A stretch of DNA of 64,000 nucleotides from Octopus bimaculoides (GCF_001194135.2 NC_068990.1:67057270-67121269); one strand, 5' to 3'; positions 13,088 through 27,494 are shown, counted from the stretch's first letter. Made by a program: numbers and translations. Notes: a model not told the origin generated them from the letters alone.

Positions 13088-13225
13088 GGGCACATGGCTT
13101 AGTGGCTACAGTGTTGCATTTACAATTGCAAGATTGTGATTTCAATTCCTAGACTGGGTGGTGTGTTGTGTTTTTGAGCAAAACACTTCATCTCACATTG
13201 CTCTGTAATCATTTCAGCACCTGAT
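13088..13225 (+). mobile_element. SINE type D tRNA-like head
   Basis: gggcacatggcttagtgg...ttcaattcc with A/B-box-like motifs; similar to 56905. Confidence 0.6.
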
Positions 13226-14258
13226 ACGTGGTACACAGTGCACCTGTTCAGAAAACAGATTTGATGGAGGAAGTGACCACTATAAACAAATCATTTGTGC
13301 AAGTCAATAAAAAAAAGGTGAATGCTCATACATCATCTTTGACAGGAGAGTTCACCACACACACACACACACACACACCATACACACGCAATTTGTTCAT
13401 ATTATGCTTGTGTTTCTGTACTGGAAAGGTTGAATGACTTCTTATTTGAAGCAAATTTTGGGGCTAGATGCTCTTCCTGTCACCAACTTGTACTTGTTTT
13501 TCAAGTAAGAGATTTTTTTTGTTATCCCACTTAATTTCAAAGCCTCAAAGATACAGAATGTCATGGTTACCTCGAATTTAAACCTGACAACACTGTTTCT
13601 TGTTCAAATAAAGAAACTGAAATGACATCTTGAAAACACAAACACACACACATTCATGTGGTGGGGTTTTATACAGCTTCCATCCATGAAATTTCCTCAC
13701 AAGTCACTGGTTAGTGCAAGGCTTATATTAGAAAACACTGCCACACAGTGAGAACAAACTTGAAACCACATGGCTACAAAGCAAGCCTACTTTCAGCTCA
13801 CCTAATATAATATTTTTATATTTATTATCTGCAGTTTTGAGTAGTTTTGCAACAGTCTTGAATTAGCAGGAATTTAAAATATTTTGATGCTTTCAATGTA
13901 AATGAGTTCTGGTTGTAAACTATTATGTATATCAGGACTGCTACATTCTTTCACACTATCATATATTAAGATCTTTTATTTGGTAATATACTTTTAGAGA
14001 GAGGGAAAACAGACTTGCATGACATTTATGCATGTTTTATTAAAAGAGAAATCATTCATTTGTAGGCTTCATATACTGGATTGCAATATTGTCTTATGCC
14101 ACCACCAAAATTCTAATCTCTTGCTCTATGGCATTCATTACTTGCAACAAAAATATCAAAATTCATTATTTCCTTTGGAATAAATAGATAAAAACAAGAG
14201 GGAGAGAGAGAAGGTGGATATTTAAATGTTCAAGTTGTTTCTTTTATTTATACTGTTT

Positions 14259-14594
14259 TTAGTATTGGCTGGAAAGACCTGTAGATTTGTTATTTTTAAT
14301 ACATAATTTAATATTTTCAGTAATGGCAATCATTCAGTTATACAATACATCAATCCTGTAAAGTGAAATGCCACACAATTTGATATCTGCGGACACAACA
14401 CTAGGCTTGAGATTATGATCAAAACTTTAGCATAGGTTGAAAAGATCTTCAAATTTAAAACTTTTGATACATAATTTATTATTTTCAATTATGCCAATCA
14501 CTGAGTTATGCAAGACAGCAACCCCATAGAGTGAAAAGCCACACAATTTAATATTGGTAGGCACACCATTAGGGTTGTGACTATGATCAAAATT
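14259..14594. repeat. Two tandem 168-bp units, gap-free, ~77% identical
   Basis: gccacacaattt at 14370 and 14538; about 39 substitutions and no indel by hand alignment. Confidence 0.8.
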
Positions 14595-14899
14595 ATGAAC
14601 TTGTAAACTCATCTTTTAATTCTCATCATTTTTCAAATGTTTTGCTATTTTGATAAAAACATTTTTTTCTACAGAACAATGAAAACTTTTCACAGAGTAA
14701 AAGAACATTTTGGTACCCATGTTTATATTGCAATGCTTTGAGTTGTAACTTAAATTGTTTGAATGAGTTTAACCCAATGAGAAATATTCAATATCATTTG
14801 TTAGTCAGTTATTAAATGTTAGACATTTTTGGTTTTACTAAACCTGGACAGCAGTATTATATCAGTGAGAACCACAGCCCGTAATGGTAGCTAACACTA

Positions 14900-15800
14900 A
14901 GCAACTGAGGGTATCTGAGATGATATACAAGCACAGTGAATCAGTTGGTTGGCCTGTAGAAAGAGTAAATCAAACCTGAAGCAGATTGGATCTGAATGAA
15001 GGTTGGTAATGATGATCAGATAGTAAACACTGCAATATTTTGGCCATCTATCAGAGCCCAGAATCTCTGATGGATAGATGACAATGTGGAGAAAGATGAT
15101 ATAGAAGCAGAAAGATCCCTCAACCAGTTCGAAAAAGCAGAGTAGATGCATATGATAAGAAAGAAGAGAGAGACTTATTATACAGATGATAACCAGGGAA
15201 CTGCTATGAAACTGCAGACCAGCTCAGTGGATGGGATAAGATTTCAGCTAGTGAGAAGGTGATATGGTGAAGGAATGTTATGGTAGATAGAGCCATTATA
15301 CCTAAAAGAGATACCTGGAAAGATTGGTATAAAGTGGGTAGGTGGAGATCAAAATCAGAGATTTTCATGAGAAGCTAAATGTTAGATAACAAGGAAAGAA
15401 GTTAAAAGTAAGGAACTTATCAATGTACTACAATGCGAGGATTAGAGGTGTGGTGTGTTCCAGATTGGAAAGTAGGTGAGAATTGGGATGTTGGGAAAAG
15501 TGTATACGGAATGATAGCAGCACATTTGCCCTCAATGATAAGGAGAAGAAATAGGTATGGAAATTTTAATCCAAGAGGTTGCTGAATGAGAAGAATAAGT
15601 GGGAGAGAGAAAGCAAGAGACCTCTTGAAGCAAATCCAACAGAATTATTAGTCATTGAAGTTGACAGCAATAAAGTCAATAGCTTGATTAAAGATATGGA
15701 ATGAGAAGTAGCTGGGCAATGGAGTAGTTACTGAAATGCTGAAACTATCTAGTAAAGTGGAATATATACTAATCACTCACAGTCAGTCATATAAACACAT
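14900..15800 (-). mobile_element. Possible ancient CR1/L2/Jockey-type LINE relic
   Basis: Long purine-skewed non-microsatellite tract, similar in composition to 52900-53260; no clear motif recovered. Confidence 0.2.
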
Positions 15801-15914
15801 CAATGTAAACTTAGGCATGACAGAATTAAAGTTGTATCAGAGGAAGACTAACCCAGAAGGAAGGTATTGCCTGTAGCAGATGCACAGGAGAATCCTCCTC
15901 CTCCTCATCATTGT

Positions 15915-16290
15915 TTTAATGTGAACTTTTTCATGCTTGCATAGGTCAAATGGGGTTTATTGAGGAAGATTTTTTATGGCTGGATGCCCTCCCTGTTGCC
16001 AACACTCACTTGTTTCTAAGAAAGACCAGATATGTTTCTGCAAAATATTGGAAATGAATGACACTGCTCGTATAATAGTGACACTCATTTACAACTATCA
16101 TACAGTCTCAAGACAGGGAGACAAATGCACACACTCATATATATACATGCATACATATATATGATAGGTTTCTTTCAGTTTCCATCTACTAAATCCATTC
16201 ACAAGGCTTTAGTTGACCTGGGGCTATATTAGAAGACATTTGCCCAAGTCGCCATGCAGCGAGACTGAATTTGAAATTATATGATTGGAA
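15915..16290 (-). mobile_element. SINE type B2, full length, decayed
   Basis: C-tail 15915-16100, microsatellite, head 16155-16290. Confidence 0.7.
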
Positions 16291-16959
16291 AAGGACATTA
16301 ATATGATAGAAAAAAAAAATCAGGGAGCTTTTACTTCAGCAGGCAACAGAAGGATTCTCTTTCTGTGTGAAAGGCAAATTGTATGATATTTATGTACAAA
16401 GTGTGTAGCTGCAGGATAGTGTAACATATGGAAGATGTAAAAAGTCTAGAAAGAAATCAAGCAAGCATTCTCTGTCGGATTTGAATGCTAGTGTACACAA
16501 ATGACAAAGAACAAATATGCTGAGAGAAAAAAACAAGAGGAATTGAATGAAGAGTGCATGAGAGAGTAAACAGTACTGGTATGGATGTATGTTATATAGA
16601 GAGAATGACAGTTGAGTGAAGAGGTGCCAAACAATCAAGGGAGAAGGAACTTGTAGAAGAGATAGGAAGAAGTGATGAAAAATTATCTCTGACTGAATTT
16701 CTTAAAAGAGATGATAAGAAACAGCAGCAAATACCCAAATGCTGTGATAAGGAAGACCCATCAAAATCAGGCGAGCATTGTAAAATGGATGTAAAAGGAA
16801 TGAGGATGATGACAACAAAGATGATAAACCTGAAGGTAAATTAACTGCAAGGAATCAAATATATTTTCCTTGAATGAAATAGATTCTACATGGGATCTAT
16901 GTTCCTTCTCCCTTGTTTTGGAAACTGCTATCATCATCATCATTACCATAATTATTTAC

Positions 16960-17130
16960 TGTCCATTTTCCATGCTGGCATGGGTTGGATGGTTTGAGAG
17001 GATCTGGTAAACCACAGGGTTGAGTTGTGTTACAGTGTCAGCTTTTGCATGGTTTCTACAGCTAGATGCCCTTTCTAATGCCAACCACTTTACAATGTGA
17101 ACTGGGTGCTTTTTTCATGCCACCAACACT
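16960..17130 (-). mobile_element. SINE/RTE C-tail module
   Basis: ccattttccatgctggcatgggttggatgg...gccaaccactttacaatgtgaactgggtgctttt. Confidence 0.7.
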
Positions 17131-17564
17131 AGTGTAGTTGTCAAAATAGAAGCAAGAGGGGAAAAGAACAAGAACAGGGAAAAGCAATAACATTCCTCTT
17201 TGAAAATGTTACTCAAACGAAAAATATCATGGATAGCTTTGAAATCAGTAACTTTGAAATCTAAATAATTTCATGGATTTGAAGCAACTGTTTTATGGTA
17301 GAATACTCATTACTAGCTTCAGCTATTTCATATTGAAAAGCTGGTGCATGACCTACTGCAGTAAGCTAAGTGTTCAAAGCATTGCATTGTAAACATGGAG
17401 AATATGTTAATGTATGTAATTGCCTTGTGTAAAATGTTCATGCAACATTAAATCATAATTTTTCATTAGTATCTGTATGAATAGTTGAAGCAGTAATAAC
17501 ATAGCAGTTATCAGAATAGAAGTAATGATGCTGTTAGTGCTAATAGTATTAGTGTATATAGCAA

Positions 17565-17778
17565 GGCAGTGAGCTGTCAGAATCATTAGTATGCTAGACA
17601 GAATGTTTAGTGGCATTTTGTCCATCTTTATGTCTTGAGTTCAAATTCTGCCAAGGTCAACTTTACCTTTTATCCTTTCAGAGTTAATAAGATAAGAACC
17701 AGTTGAATACTGGGGTTGATATAATCAACACCCCCCCCTCCCCGAAATTGCTGGCCTTGTGCTAAAATTTGAGACTAA
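17565..17778 (+). mobile_element. SINE type A (ATT-tailed, B-box gagttcaaatt)
   Basis: ggcagtgagctgtcagaatc...ccttgtgctaaaatttgagac; at least 9 copies in the window. Confidence 0.8.
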
Positions 17779-18049
17779 TATTAGTGTTTATAGTATTATT
17801 GTTGTTGGTGGTTATAATGAACATTAATTAATTCATTTGCATAGAAAAAATATTCTGACCACTGAAAAACCATCCATCCATCCATCCATCCACTCATATT
17901 AGTCTGCTTCTTGGCCTTACTTGTTCCATACATTCTATTTTTCTGTAGGTGAGTGGGTATAGAGATAGAACCATAACTGGTGTATAGTGTAGATGATTAT
18001 CATCATCACATTTCATTATTGCCATTGTCATCACTAATGTCATTACTGT

Positions 18050-18650
18050 AAATTGTAACGTCTGTTTTCCCATGCTTGAATGGTACAAACAAGATTTATA
18101 AAGATAGAGTTTCTACAGCCAAATGCTCTTCCTGTCACCAACTTTCACCTATCTCCAGGCAAAGTAATGTTTTCCCTTTGTCCATACATGTTTCCATGGA
18201 AAATTGCAAGCAAATGTTACTGAATGCATAACAGTAAAGTTTGTTTACAATCAGTGAGCAATGTCAAGACAAGGACACACACATATATAAGTGGATGCTA
18301 AAAACTTCCTGGCTTTAAGAATATCACAAAAGGCCTGGCTGGAGGCCAAACTTTCTAAATCCATTTACAGGGCTTAAAAAGTCTGAAGGGATGCGGCAAT
18401 TAGTGTGTGAATCTGAGAGGGAAATATGTTAAATAAAATCATAATTAACTGATCTTCCTGTATTTTTTTACCCAAAGCCAGGAACTTTTCAGCACCCCTT
18501 TTATATGACTAGTTACTTTTCAATTTCTATATACCAAATTCATTCACAAGGTTTTGGTCAGTCCCTGCAAGTATAGTAGAAGACATTTGGCCAAGTGGGA
18601 CTGACCTTCAAACCACACAGTTGTGGAACAAACGTCTTCATCACACAACA
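18050..18650 (-). mobile_element. SINE type B2 interrupted by a mariner-type MITE
   Basis: Tail 18050-18280 and head 18520-18650 flank the MITE. Confidence 0.6.
18288..18503. mobile_element. Tc1/mariner-type MITE
   Basis: ~30-bp TIRs taagtggatgctaaaaacttcctggcttt / aaagccaggaacttttcagcacccctttta; TA on both flanks. Confidence 0.7.
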
Positions 18651-19269
18651 GTCTGTACCTTAGATCAAAGAGAAAATTATTGGTTATTAAACTGAGAAGG
18701 TATACTCCTTGTCCATTATTTTAAATATTAATATTGTAATAGCTGGCATAACTTCGTTAAGTGATAGTAATTTTATAACAGCCAACACAAGTAGCAGAAA
18801 CTGGTTATGAAGATAGCAGCAACACTAGTGGACATATTAATAAAATCAGGTTATTCTATAAGTAATTTCCGTTTGTAGAATAAAGACAATTTAAATGTGA
18901 TTCTTTATGTTTAAATGTTCTATGAATCTAGCTTGATTAACTGCAGACTTGAAAAATAATGATGCCAATTAAAATACTAATATTGCTTTATAAGACTACT
19001 TGGTTAACACGATAGTACAAAAAGCCTAGTGGAGGTATGTGGCTTGGTGGTTAGGGTGCTCAGCTCACTGTTATAAGGTTGTGGGTTCAATTCCTTAAAT
19101 GCATGGTGCCTTATGTCCTAGGGTAAAGGCATATCAATTCAAGTTAGTTCTATCATTTACTCAGTTGAAAATGAGTACCAGCCAAATACTGATATAACCC
19201 TCTGTCCTCTCTTCAGTTGTCACGTGAAAAATGTTCTGTTCGGTCAATCGTGAAAGAATTAAGAACATG

Positions 19270-19382
19270 TATCTATCTAATCTAATCTAATCTAATCTAT
19301 CTATCATCTATCTATCTATACATACATACATACATACATACATACATACATACATACATACATACATTCATTCATTCATACA
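19270..19382. repeat. Compound (TCTAA)(TCTA)(TACA)(TTCA) microsatellite
   Basis: Direct reading. Confidence 0.9.
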
Positions 19383-20134
19383 TTTGCTTTGCTAGCTTCT
19401 TGATTTGTGTTGAAATAAATATTGCTATATTTGAGGATGGTCATTTTGTAAATAAATGCACACAATTTTTGACTTTCATTTCTGGATTATTATTATTAGT
19501 TATTGGTTATTTTGTCAAATCTCTTTCATCACACATACTGTGACCTCCCCAATGACTATTTCTTCTTCTTGTTTTTATCCCTCCTCTTCTTTCTGGCCTT
19601 ATTCTCTTTATTCTATAGTGTCTTCTTGTGGTACATATACCTGTCTGTGCATGCATTTTCATCTGTGCCTGTATGTATGGGTTTGTATATTGCACTGTTT
19701 GTAACTGTCCCCATTCTATGTGCCCTATTCTGTCTTTAGTCATTAAGTTATGGGAGGGTGTTACCCTTCCATTTGTTTTCTGTTGAGGCTTGGTCTACTT
19801 TCTATTATGTGTATGAATTCTGTAATCTGAATGTTGTTTTGGTTCTATGTATGGATAGGATCTTAATTTCTATGTTATCTATTGAATGCCTATGTTCTAG
19901 TTTGTCATATTGGTATAGTACTGACAAGCTCTTCTCTTCCTTAAGTTCTTGCCAGTATACTTTTATTCTCTTCCCTATGCCACAGGCTGTCTCTCCAATA
20001 TATGTCATCAGGTTTCTGCACTGTCATGTTTTTGCACCTATATCTTATTCTAAAGACTTGCATAGATGCAGTCTATAGGATAAGATATATTGTACAATCC
20101 AAATACAGTCATCTATCACCAGCATCATCATAAT

Positions 20135-20330
20135 CATTGCCTCTTAATGTCCATTTTCCATGTTGGCATGAACTGGATGGTTTGATGGGAGTTGGAAAGC
20201 CAGAGGACTGTAGTAAGCTCCACTGCTTGGTTCATCATGGTTTCCATGCCTGGATGCTTTTCCTAATGCCAGCCACTTTACAGAATGTACTGGATGTTTT
20301 TACATGGTTCCAGCTCCAGTAAGGTCCTCA
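20135..20330 (-). mobile_element. SINE/RTE C-tail module
   Basis: ttaatgtccattttccatgttggcatgaactggatgg... Confidence 0.7.
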
Positions 20331-21744
20331 AGTAACTCGCAAGTCATGACCTCTCAACTGAAGAGGGTGGTGAAGTAGTATTGAGGGAGGTGGCTTTGTG
20401 CCAAGTGATGAGAAGTTAAATAAATAAAGTATGATAGGACACAAACAGGTGTCTTGCTGTAGCAGAAATACATAGCTACCCTATTTGAAAAAGAGAAAGG
20501 AGAGAGAGAGAGAGAGAGAAGGTGATAAAGAAGATATATAAGGGCATACCTTCAAGTTACAGGGGGGTGAAAACAGTAGTAGAGAGGAGTGGATAGGCTG
20601 AGTGGGTAGGTAAGTTTGCAAGAATGTGAAAGGAGAATGGTAGATAGAAGACAGATTGCAGTGAGTGGGGGACATGTGTAGCAGGTGAATTAAGAAGATG
20701 AATTGTTGGGGTGAGACCCTGCAACTAAATACTAACAAAGCTCAAACTAAGCTACTTTCTCAAATAACTGGTGTACAGAGTTCCTTTTAAATATGATACT
20801 GTTATTCAACAAATCTGATCTAATTTCTTTTGGTTATTGATTCTTTCAGTATATTTTATGTCTTATTGGTAGTTGCTGAACTAGTGAGGAAGTATCTGTG
20901 TGGCCACTTAACCTGCTTGAAATAGTAACCAAATCCGCTTTAACTCTTGATATCAACCTACCTGGCACTAACCCTAATTCTATGATACAATCTTCCTGTT
21001 TTTATCAATTTTTCATTATCCTAAATTAATTGAAACTTAGGTCACATATTCCAACCAAAATATGGTAAGAATAAGATTAAACAATGATGTTATCTTTATC
21101 AAAACTAACATAGGATTAAGTCATTTGATACCAATCCATCTGAAACTGACCCTGGTCCTATGATACAAAATTCCTGACTTAAATTGATCTAATGAAAATC
21201 TTGCATCAAACTTTCATGTTCATTTAAGTTCCAAGCACTTGCTTAATATTGATTAAGTTATTTTATCTAAGTCTTCATTATTTCAAAAATGTATTGAAAT
21301 AAAGAATATGGTGACAAAATGGTTAAGTTACCCTTACTATCTTACTAAAAAAGAAATACATTAAATAATGGAGTCCTAGATATACAATACATGGAAATGG
21401 CAAATGTGAGTAAAATGGCCTTAATCAAAATTCTGCTGGATTCAGAGTGACCTCAGTTTAAAGAACAACGATTTCTATATTGTGCCATACTTCTTAAATA
21501 TTGCTTTTACAGTGTCTTTTATAGACAAAAACAAATTAGTTTCTATCAACACAAGTAAGATTTTAATTGTCTTGTTTTCTTTGTATTCAGATCTTTGTTT
21601 CATTTTGTCTAGTGTGTCTCAAGTGTTTATCTATTTCTCACATTTGTTTGTCTGCCTGAGTGTATGTTTTATTTAGACAGCTTGTTTTGTGTATAATGAA
21701 TATTATAATACACATATAGCATACCAAATATTATAGGTTCTTTA

Positions 21745-22075
21745 TGGCTGTATGGTTAAGAAGTTAGCCTTGCAACCATAAGGTCCCAGGTTTGATCTCA
21801 TTGTGAGACACATTGAGTAAATGTCATTTCCTATAACTTCAGGTCAACTTATACTTAGTCAGTGAAACTGGGATGACAGAAATTGCAAAGGAGCAAGTCA
21901 GATGGATTGTACTTGTAATTTAAAAGATACAGCCCTGTCAAACATGTATCACACTGATTCTGCCTGAAAATTATGCTAAGGGTATACATGTCTGTGGAAT
22001 ACTCAGCCACTTACACGTTGATCAAATGAACAAATAATTCATTTGATTGAACTGAGTCCTCATTGTTGAATCTAA
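21745..22075 (+). mobile_element. Chimeric SINE: type B head plus type D tail
   Basis: Head tggctgtatggttaagaag...; tail aagggtatacatgtctgtggaatactcagccacttacacgtt, as at 57100-57160. Confidence 0.55.
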
Positions 22076-23231
22076 TGGTCTCTCAAGTGCTACTGGTAAC
22101 ATGTAACCCAGTAGTACCACTTGTTACTGGTCAGATTGTTGGCAACTAAACTGGTAGCATCATCAAGCAAGCTTGCTGAGGAGGGTGATTTATTGGACAT
22201 GCTGTGGGAGGGAAAACAAAACCCATCAAAGGGCAGAGGTACCCCAAAAAATCAATGGTCATCCAAAAATGTGCAAGGGCACATAGTCTGGTGATTAGGA
22301 TGTTGCACTCATGATTGCAAGATCGCAGTTTCAATTCCCAGACTGACTGTGCATTGTGTTCTTGAGTAAACCAGTTAATTTCTCATTGCTGCAGTCCACT
22401 CAGTTGTAAAATCTTGTGGCAGATTGGTATACAAGGGTGCAATCAATTGTGATTCAGGAAACTCATCAGGTCTTTGTGAGCCATGTTTTTTTTTATTCAG
22501 CAATCAAAACAAGGAATAGTACAACCTGTGCTGTGAATCCCAACTGGTTTGGAGTGGTTGTTCAACTACATCAAAGGAGATGATTGAACCAATTATTTAG
22601 TTGTACTTTCTAGCTGGATTTGTTCCATTTTGTTTTGCTTGTATCCCAAACTCCATCTTGCAGTTTTCTTTTCTTCACTTAATTCACACATTTCTTCATC
22701 ATCAATTAACATGTTTTCATGCTTGCATGGGTTGGATGTATATATTATTGAGGCACTGTTTTACAGCCAGGCACCCTTTCTGTTGCAAAGTATTTCAGCA
22801 AGATATCTTTATGCCCATTTTTCCATACTAGCACAGCTTGGACATATCATTGAGGTATTGTTTTACAGTCAGATATCTTTCTTGTCACTAACTATTCCTG
22901 TTTGTGATATCTTATTCCATGAAACTTTAAAAGCACAAAACTAGCAGTCAGCCTGTCAATGGGGGAAACAATAACAGTGTCACTGAAAGAATCTGCAGAG
23001 AAGTGTAAACACACACACACACACATGTTTATCAAATCTTTACAAAGTAAAGGTTGACAGTGGCTGGTGAGCAAGCTGAAACCTTGAAGTAACTGTCAGC
23101 CTTTTCCTTGTAAAAGCTTAATAAACATGTATTCTACAAAAAGGTATTGAGTAAACCTTTGTTTTTTTTTTATATAACTTGACATAAAAGAGAGGTATAT
23201 ATAATATAAAAAATGAGTTGTGTGTGTATAT

Positions 23232-23272
<41 letters not shown>

Positions 23273-23279
23273 CACAAGC

Positions 23280-23430
23280 ACACATGTATATTTGACTGGC
23301 TTCTTTCATTTTCTGCAATTCCACTCACAAAGGCTTTCAGAAGATACTTACCCAAAGTTCCTCACAATTGGACTAAATCCAAGATCACATGTTAAAGAAG
23401 CAGACTTAGTAACCAACACAGCCATACCTG
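23280..23430 (-). mobile_element. SINE type B head
   Basis: ggcttctttcattttctgc...ccactcacaaaggctt...aaccaacacagccatacctg. Confidence 0.7.
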
Positions 23431-26230
23431 TACTTAACGTATTTATGTTATGAATAAAATATGTGTCAGTTGTATACATAATGGAGTCTATATATCACCA
23501 CTTTCTTCCTTCTCCTGATATTCTGGTTTCCAGTTGATGATGTTATTAGATTCATTTCAGGTTCTAAGGAGAGAGTATGTTTGTCCATCCATCTTGTTAC
23601 ATAAACCTGGGATTAGAATTATTTTTTCCAAATTTCTCCCACTTGGTTTACACCATAGTCAGTATATTTTAACTAATACTATCTCCAACCATAATTATAT
23701 CTCATAGTCATAGAACACAGTTTTTCTGGTGTCTAGTTGTATGAAGTTATATTTATTTGATGGTTGCACCTTTTCCCATGCACTCTGGTACCAAGTATGT
23801 CTAAAATTCTGATTCCAAGAAAGTATGTGACATTTTTCTGCCCATTATTAACATTGACTACATAGAACTGCATTCTAAAAATTAATTTGGTATGTTTCAT
23901 TTTTGTATTGGTTTGCAAGATTATTGATGTGAACTTGTGTGTTGAAACATATTTTGATGTACTTTGGGAACGTCATAACGCCAATAATAAATACATGCAC
24001 TGATTCTATTTCACTTATCATTATCAATCAGCTAGTAAACCATTTCACAAATTAAATAATTGGTTGTTTGATTAAAATTTGGTTCAATCAATCAACTAGA
24101 TTTGTCAAAATCCAGTTTATTAGACTAACCAGTCAATTAGATAATTAGTTAAATGGTTAACCACTTGACAAATAAAAATAATGTGAAATAGAACCAGTGC
24201 ATGTGTTTATTATTGGCCCAATGACCCTCCAAAGATACAAACAAAATTTGCAATATATTGAGTAAGATCACTTTCTCTACACTACATAGCTTTTTTGTTC
24301 ACTTCTGCTGATTAATCCTGGAGTTTCTTCATGAACATGTATTGCCAACTGGTTATGATGTTGATCTCATGATTGTAGGGTCAGGTTCCTGGACCAGGTG
24401 GTGTACTGTGTCTTTGAATGAGGCACCTCAAATATTATTGCTCCAATCTACTCAACTGAAAGTAAGTCCCAATCTCATTCTGGTTCAGCCCTCTTCCTCC
24501 AGGTATCATGTCCTTTAGATAAAGTGTCAGGGTGCCAAGATGGTGTTTATGTCAAGTTGCAACTAAATGGATACTTAAAACAATTGGCAAATGCTTGTTT
24601 GGAAATGGTCATGGGGCAACACCTAGATGCATTTAGTTGATAATATTGTCTCAGTACATAAAGAGACCCAACATAAACACTGACATGGACACACACACAC
24701 ACACACACGTGCTTAGCACTTATGCAGAATGATTCTCTCTTCTTTGACTGTTCTCTTCACTGTACATAATGTCATGTAATCACCACATATCTTTATTCTT
24801 TCTTTTCCTTCCTACTTCTCCCTCTTCTCTCTTTTTGCCTCCCTCCTTCCCAACATGTCTAATCTCTGCACCTTCCATCTGTTCTCTTCCTTTCTCATAA
24901 CCTTTTCTTCTCTTGCTTTTTCCCCTTTCTTTTCTTTCTCTTCTTTTTAAGCATTAAGTGAATAATGTCATTAATAAGTCTTACTCCTCTCATTTTGTCT
25001 TCTTCATTTTGCTCATTACATAACACACACATGCATTCATACAATAAGCTTCTGCCCAATTTCATCTTCCAAATTCCATCACAAGCCACTGGATGTCCCC
25101 TGGCTATAATAAAAGACAACTGACTTTGGTACCACACAGTAGGACTAAACATGAAACCACAGAGCTGCAAAGCAATCTTCTTCACCTCATGGCCATGGTG
25201 ATTCTTAGTTTTGAAGTGTTTAAGGCTGAATATAAAAATGACATTACTTACAGATATAGCAGAAACCATAGTTTCAGTGGATATAGTGATAGCATATGTA
25301 TTAGTAATATTTGTGATAGTATGTGTATGAGGTGTAGTAGAGATTATAGAGTTGGATAAACAGCAGTAGATGCAGTAGTAGTTGTAGGTGACTGCATGCA
25401 AGAAGAATGGAGAACTTTGTAGCAAGCTATAGATGTTAAAACTTAACGTTACTGAAAGAGTTTTTCAAAGAGAAACATGTGAGAGGTTAAACTGGTTCTT
25501 GAGAGCAATCACACCTTTGATATTATTTGAAACATAGCATAAGCAAACACTGCAATACTGCAAAAACCCTGAATGGATTAGTACTGATGACAAGTCCAAC
25601 TAGAATCTAAACATATGTACGACTGTTTCCCCTCTTCTTCTGTCCACAAATATATTGTGTAGATGTATTATTTTCTTCAAAAATTCTATGCTTCTTGAAA
25701 TCTGCAACTTCTTGATGTGCCTATACACGCTTTCCTTTTCGTGGGTCTTATAATGTTCACTGTTCTGTCTTTTTATGCTTTATTCCATGTACTATCCATG
25801 TATTTCTATCTTTCTTTTGTATCTCACTTTACTTGACTTACAGTTGCTTTCTGAATCCCCCCGCCACGTTTTTTATTCTTTTCTGGTGACCATAGTGCAT
25901 CTGAACACTGTATACAATTAGTTCATTATTATCATAAAAATAATTTTGTAAATCTTAAATGTATCTTTATATTATGTAGACATCCACATGTATTCTATTC
26001 CTACCTCTATACATAGCTGGTATCTATAGGGATTGCATTTTAAAATTTATTCTTCATAACCAAATCAGAGGTGGAAAAGCAGCAGCCACAATTTTTCTGG
26101 CACTTTCACAACTGGTGGTGGTGGTTGGCAAGGGAAGAATTAATTCTCAAACCAAACACTTGTTCTGAATATTTGTAATGGAATAGGGTCTACTAAAATC
26201 ACACATTAGCTAGATGATGAAGTATTAAAC

Positions 26231-26562
26231 CAGGGTCCCACCAATAGCTAATAAAATAAATGCCATTAACATTGGTTCAAAAACCTTATTTTTTAATCTA
26301 TGGAGCCATTTTGATTACTATTCTGTTCTGGTGGACCCCCATATCTATTCAATGTTTAAAAACTAGTTTTATAAATATTTCTTCAAAATTCCTATTTTGC
26401 TTTTCACACATTAATTTGTATAGGTTGGACTGTGTAAAACATTAGGGAAAGAAAGCCAGCTGTTTCTTGCAATAAATACATCTAAAGCAAGGATCCCCAA
26501 TGTACTGATTTGTTTGTGTGGACCCCCAAAAGTCTTACACAGACCATACTTGAAAACCCCTG
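26231..26562. mobile_element. hAT-type MITE, degenerate
   Basis: 5' cagggtccc and 3' ttgaaaacccctg termini; TSD not clean. Confidence 0.35.
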
Positions 26563-27006
26563 GTCATTAAAAAAACTAACTTGAAGCTACAGTAAAAGGT
26601 ACTTGCAGTGTATTGTAATCCCAAACTATGATGTGTAATTTCAAAGGAAAACTTCTCAACCATAGAGCTTCCAATCTTTAATCAGTCAAAATACATAGCT
26701 TGTCCTGACTGCTGTAACATATTCTGAACACTGTCCATATCTCTATATTCAGTAAGTCAGTCATCTACTACCACATTGCATCAGTCTCTGCATTTACTCA
26801 ACAGGCACTGTTTCTAATTATTCTTTAATCCATCTCACATATACAGGCAATGTGTTTTCTCTATTTTAGTCAAATATCTATCTACCATGTATTTATTAGT
26901 CTAATCAGTCAGCATCTAAAGTCTATTAATATAAAATAACAAAAAAAAAACAAATTTATTTAATAAACTACTCCAGTGGTCAGGAGACTGAGTTGTTAGA
27001 ATATTA

Positions 27007-27041
<35 letters not shown>

Positions 27042-27089
27042 GCACACATATAGTTCTTGCATTTGCATAGGTATATGTATGTGTATGTC

Positions 27090-27120
<31 letters not shown>

Positions 27121-27494
27121 TCATATATGTATGCATCTATGTGTGCATACACGTGCACACATACACATATACATGCTTACACATACACACACACAGAGTC
27201 CTAATAAATTAGAAACATCCTCGTTTTGCAAAAGTTTTGACCAAAAATAGATAAGTAGTTAAGTAAAAAGAGAAAGGAAAACAAAAACAAAAACTAACAA
27301 AATCCAAAAAAAAAAAACCCAGTTAACTGAAGGTGTGAAGCACTCAATATCTGAATGTGGCGTGTTAAACTACATGATACTGCTTGTAATGTTGCTGTCG
27401 TGCGTCAGACAATTTTTTTTCTTTACACATGCTCAAGATGAACTCTGGTAGAAGAGTTTTTTTTTTTTCATTCAATATATCAGATCGTATTTAC

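Noticed and set aside
14259-14612. Hydrophobic frame if TGA is read as Trp (NUMT hypothesis)
   Set aside because: Still contains TAA stops and I recognise no mitochondrial protein; the tandem 168-bp structure does not fit.
23534-23574. 41-nt segment DDVIRFISGSKER with AG/GT ends; similar singletons at 35571-35615, 40355-40421 and 45950
   Set aside because: Isolated candidates that cannot be chained and have mediocre donors.
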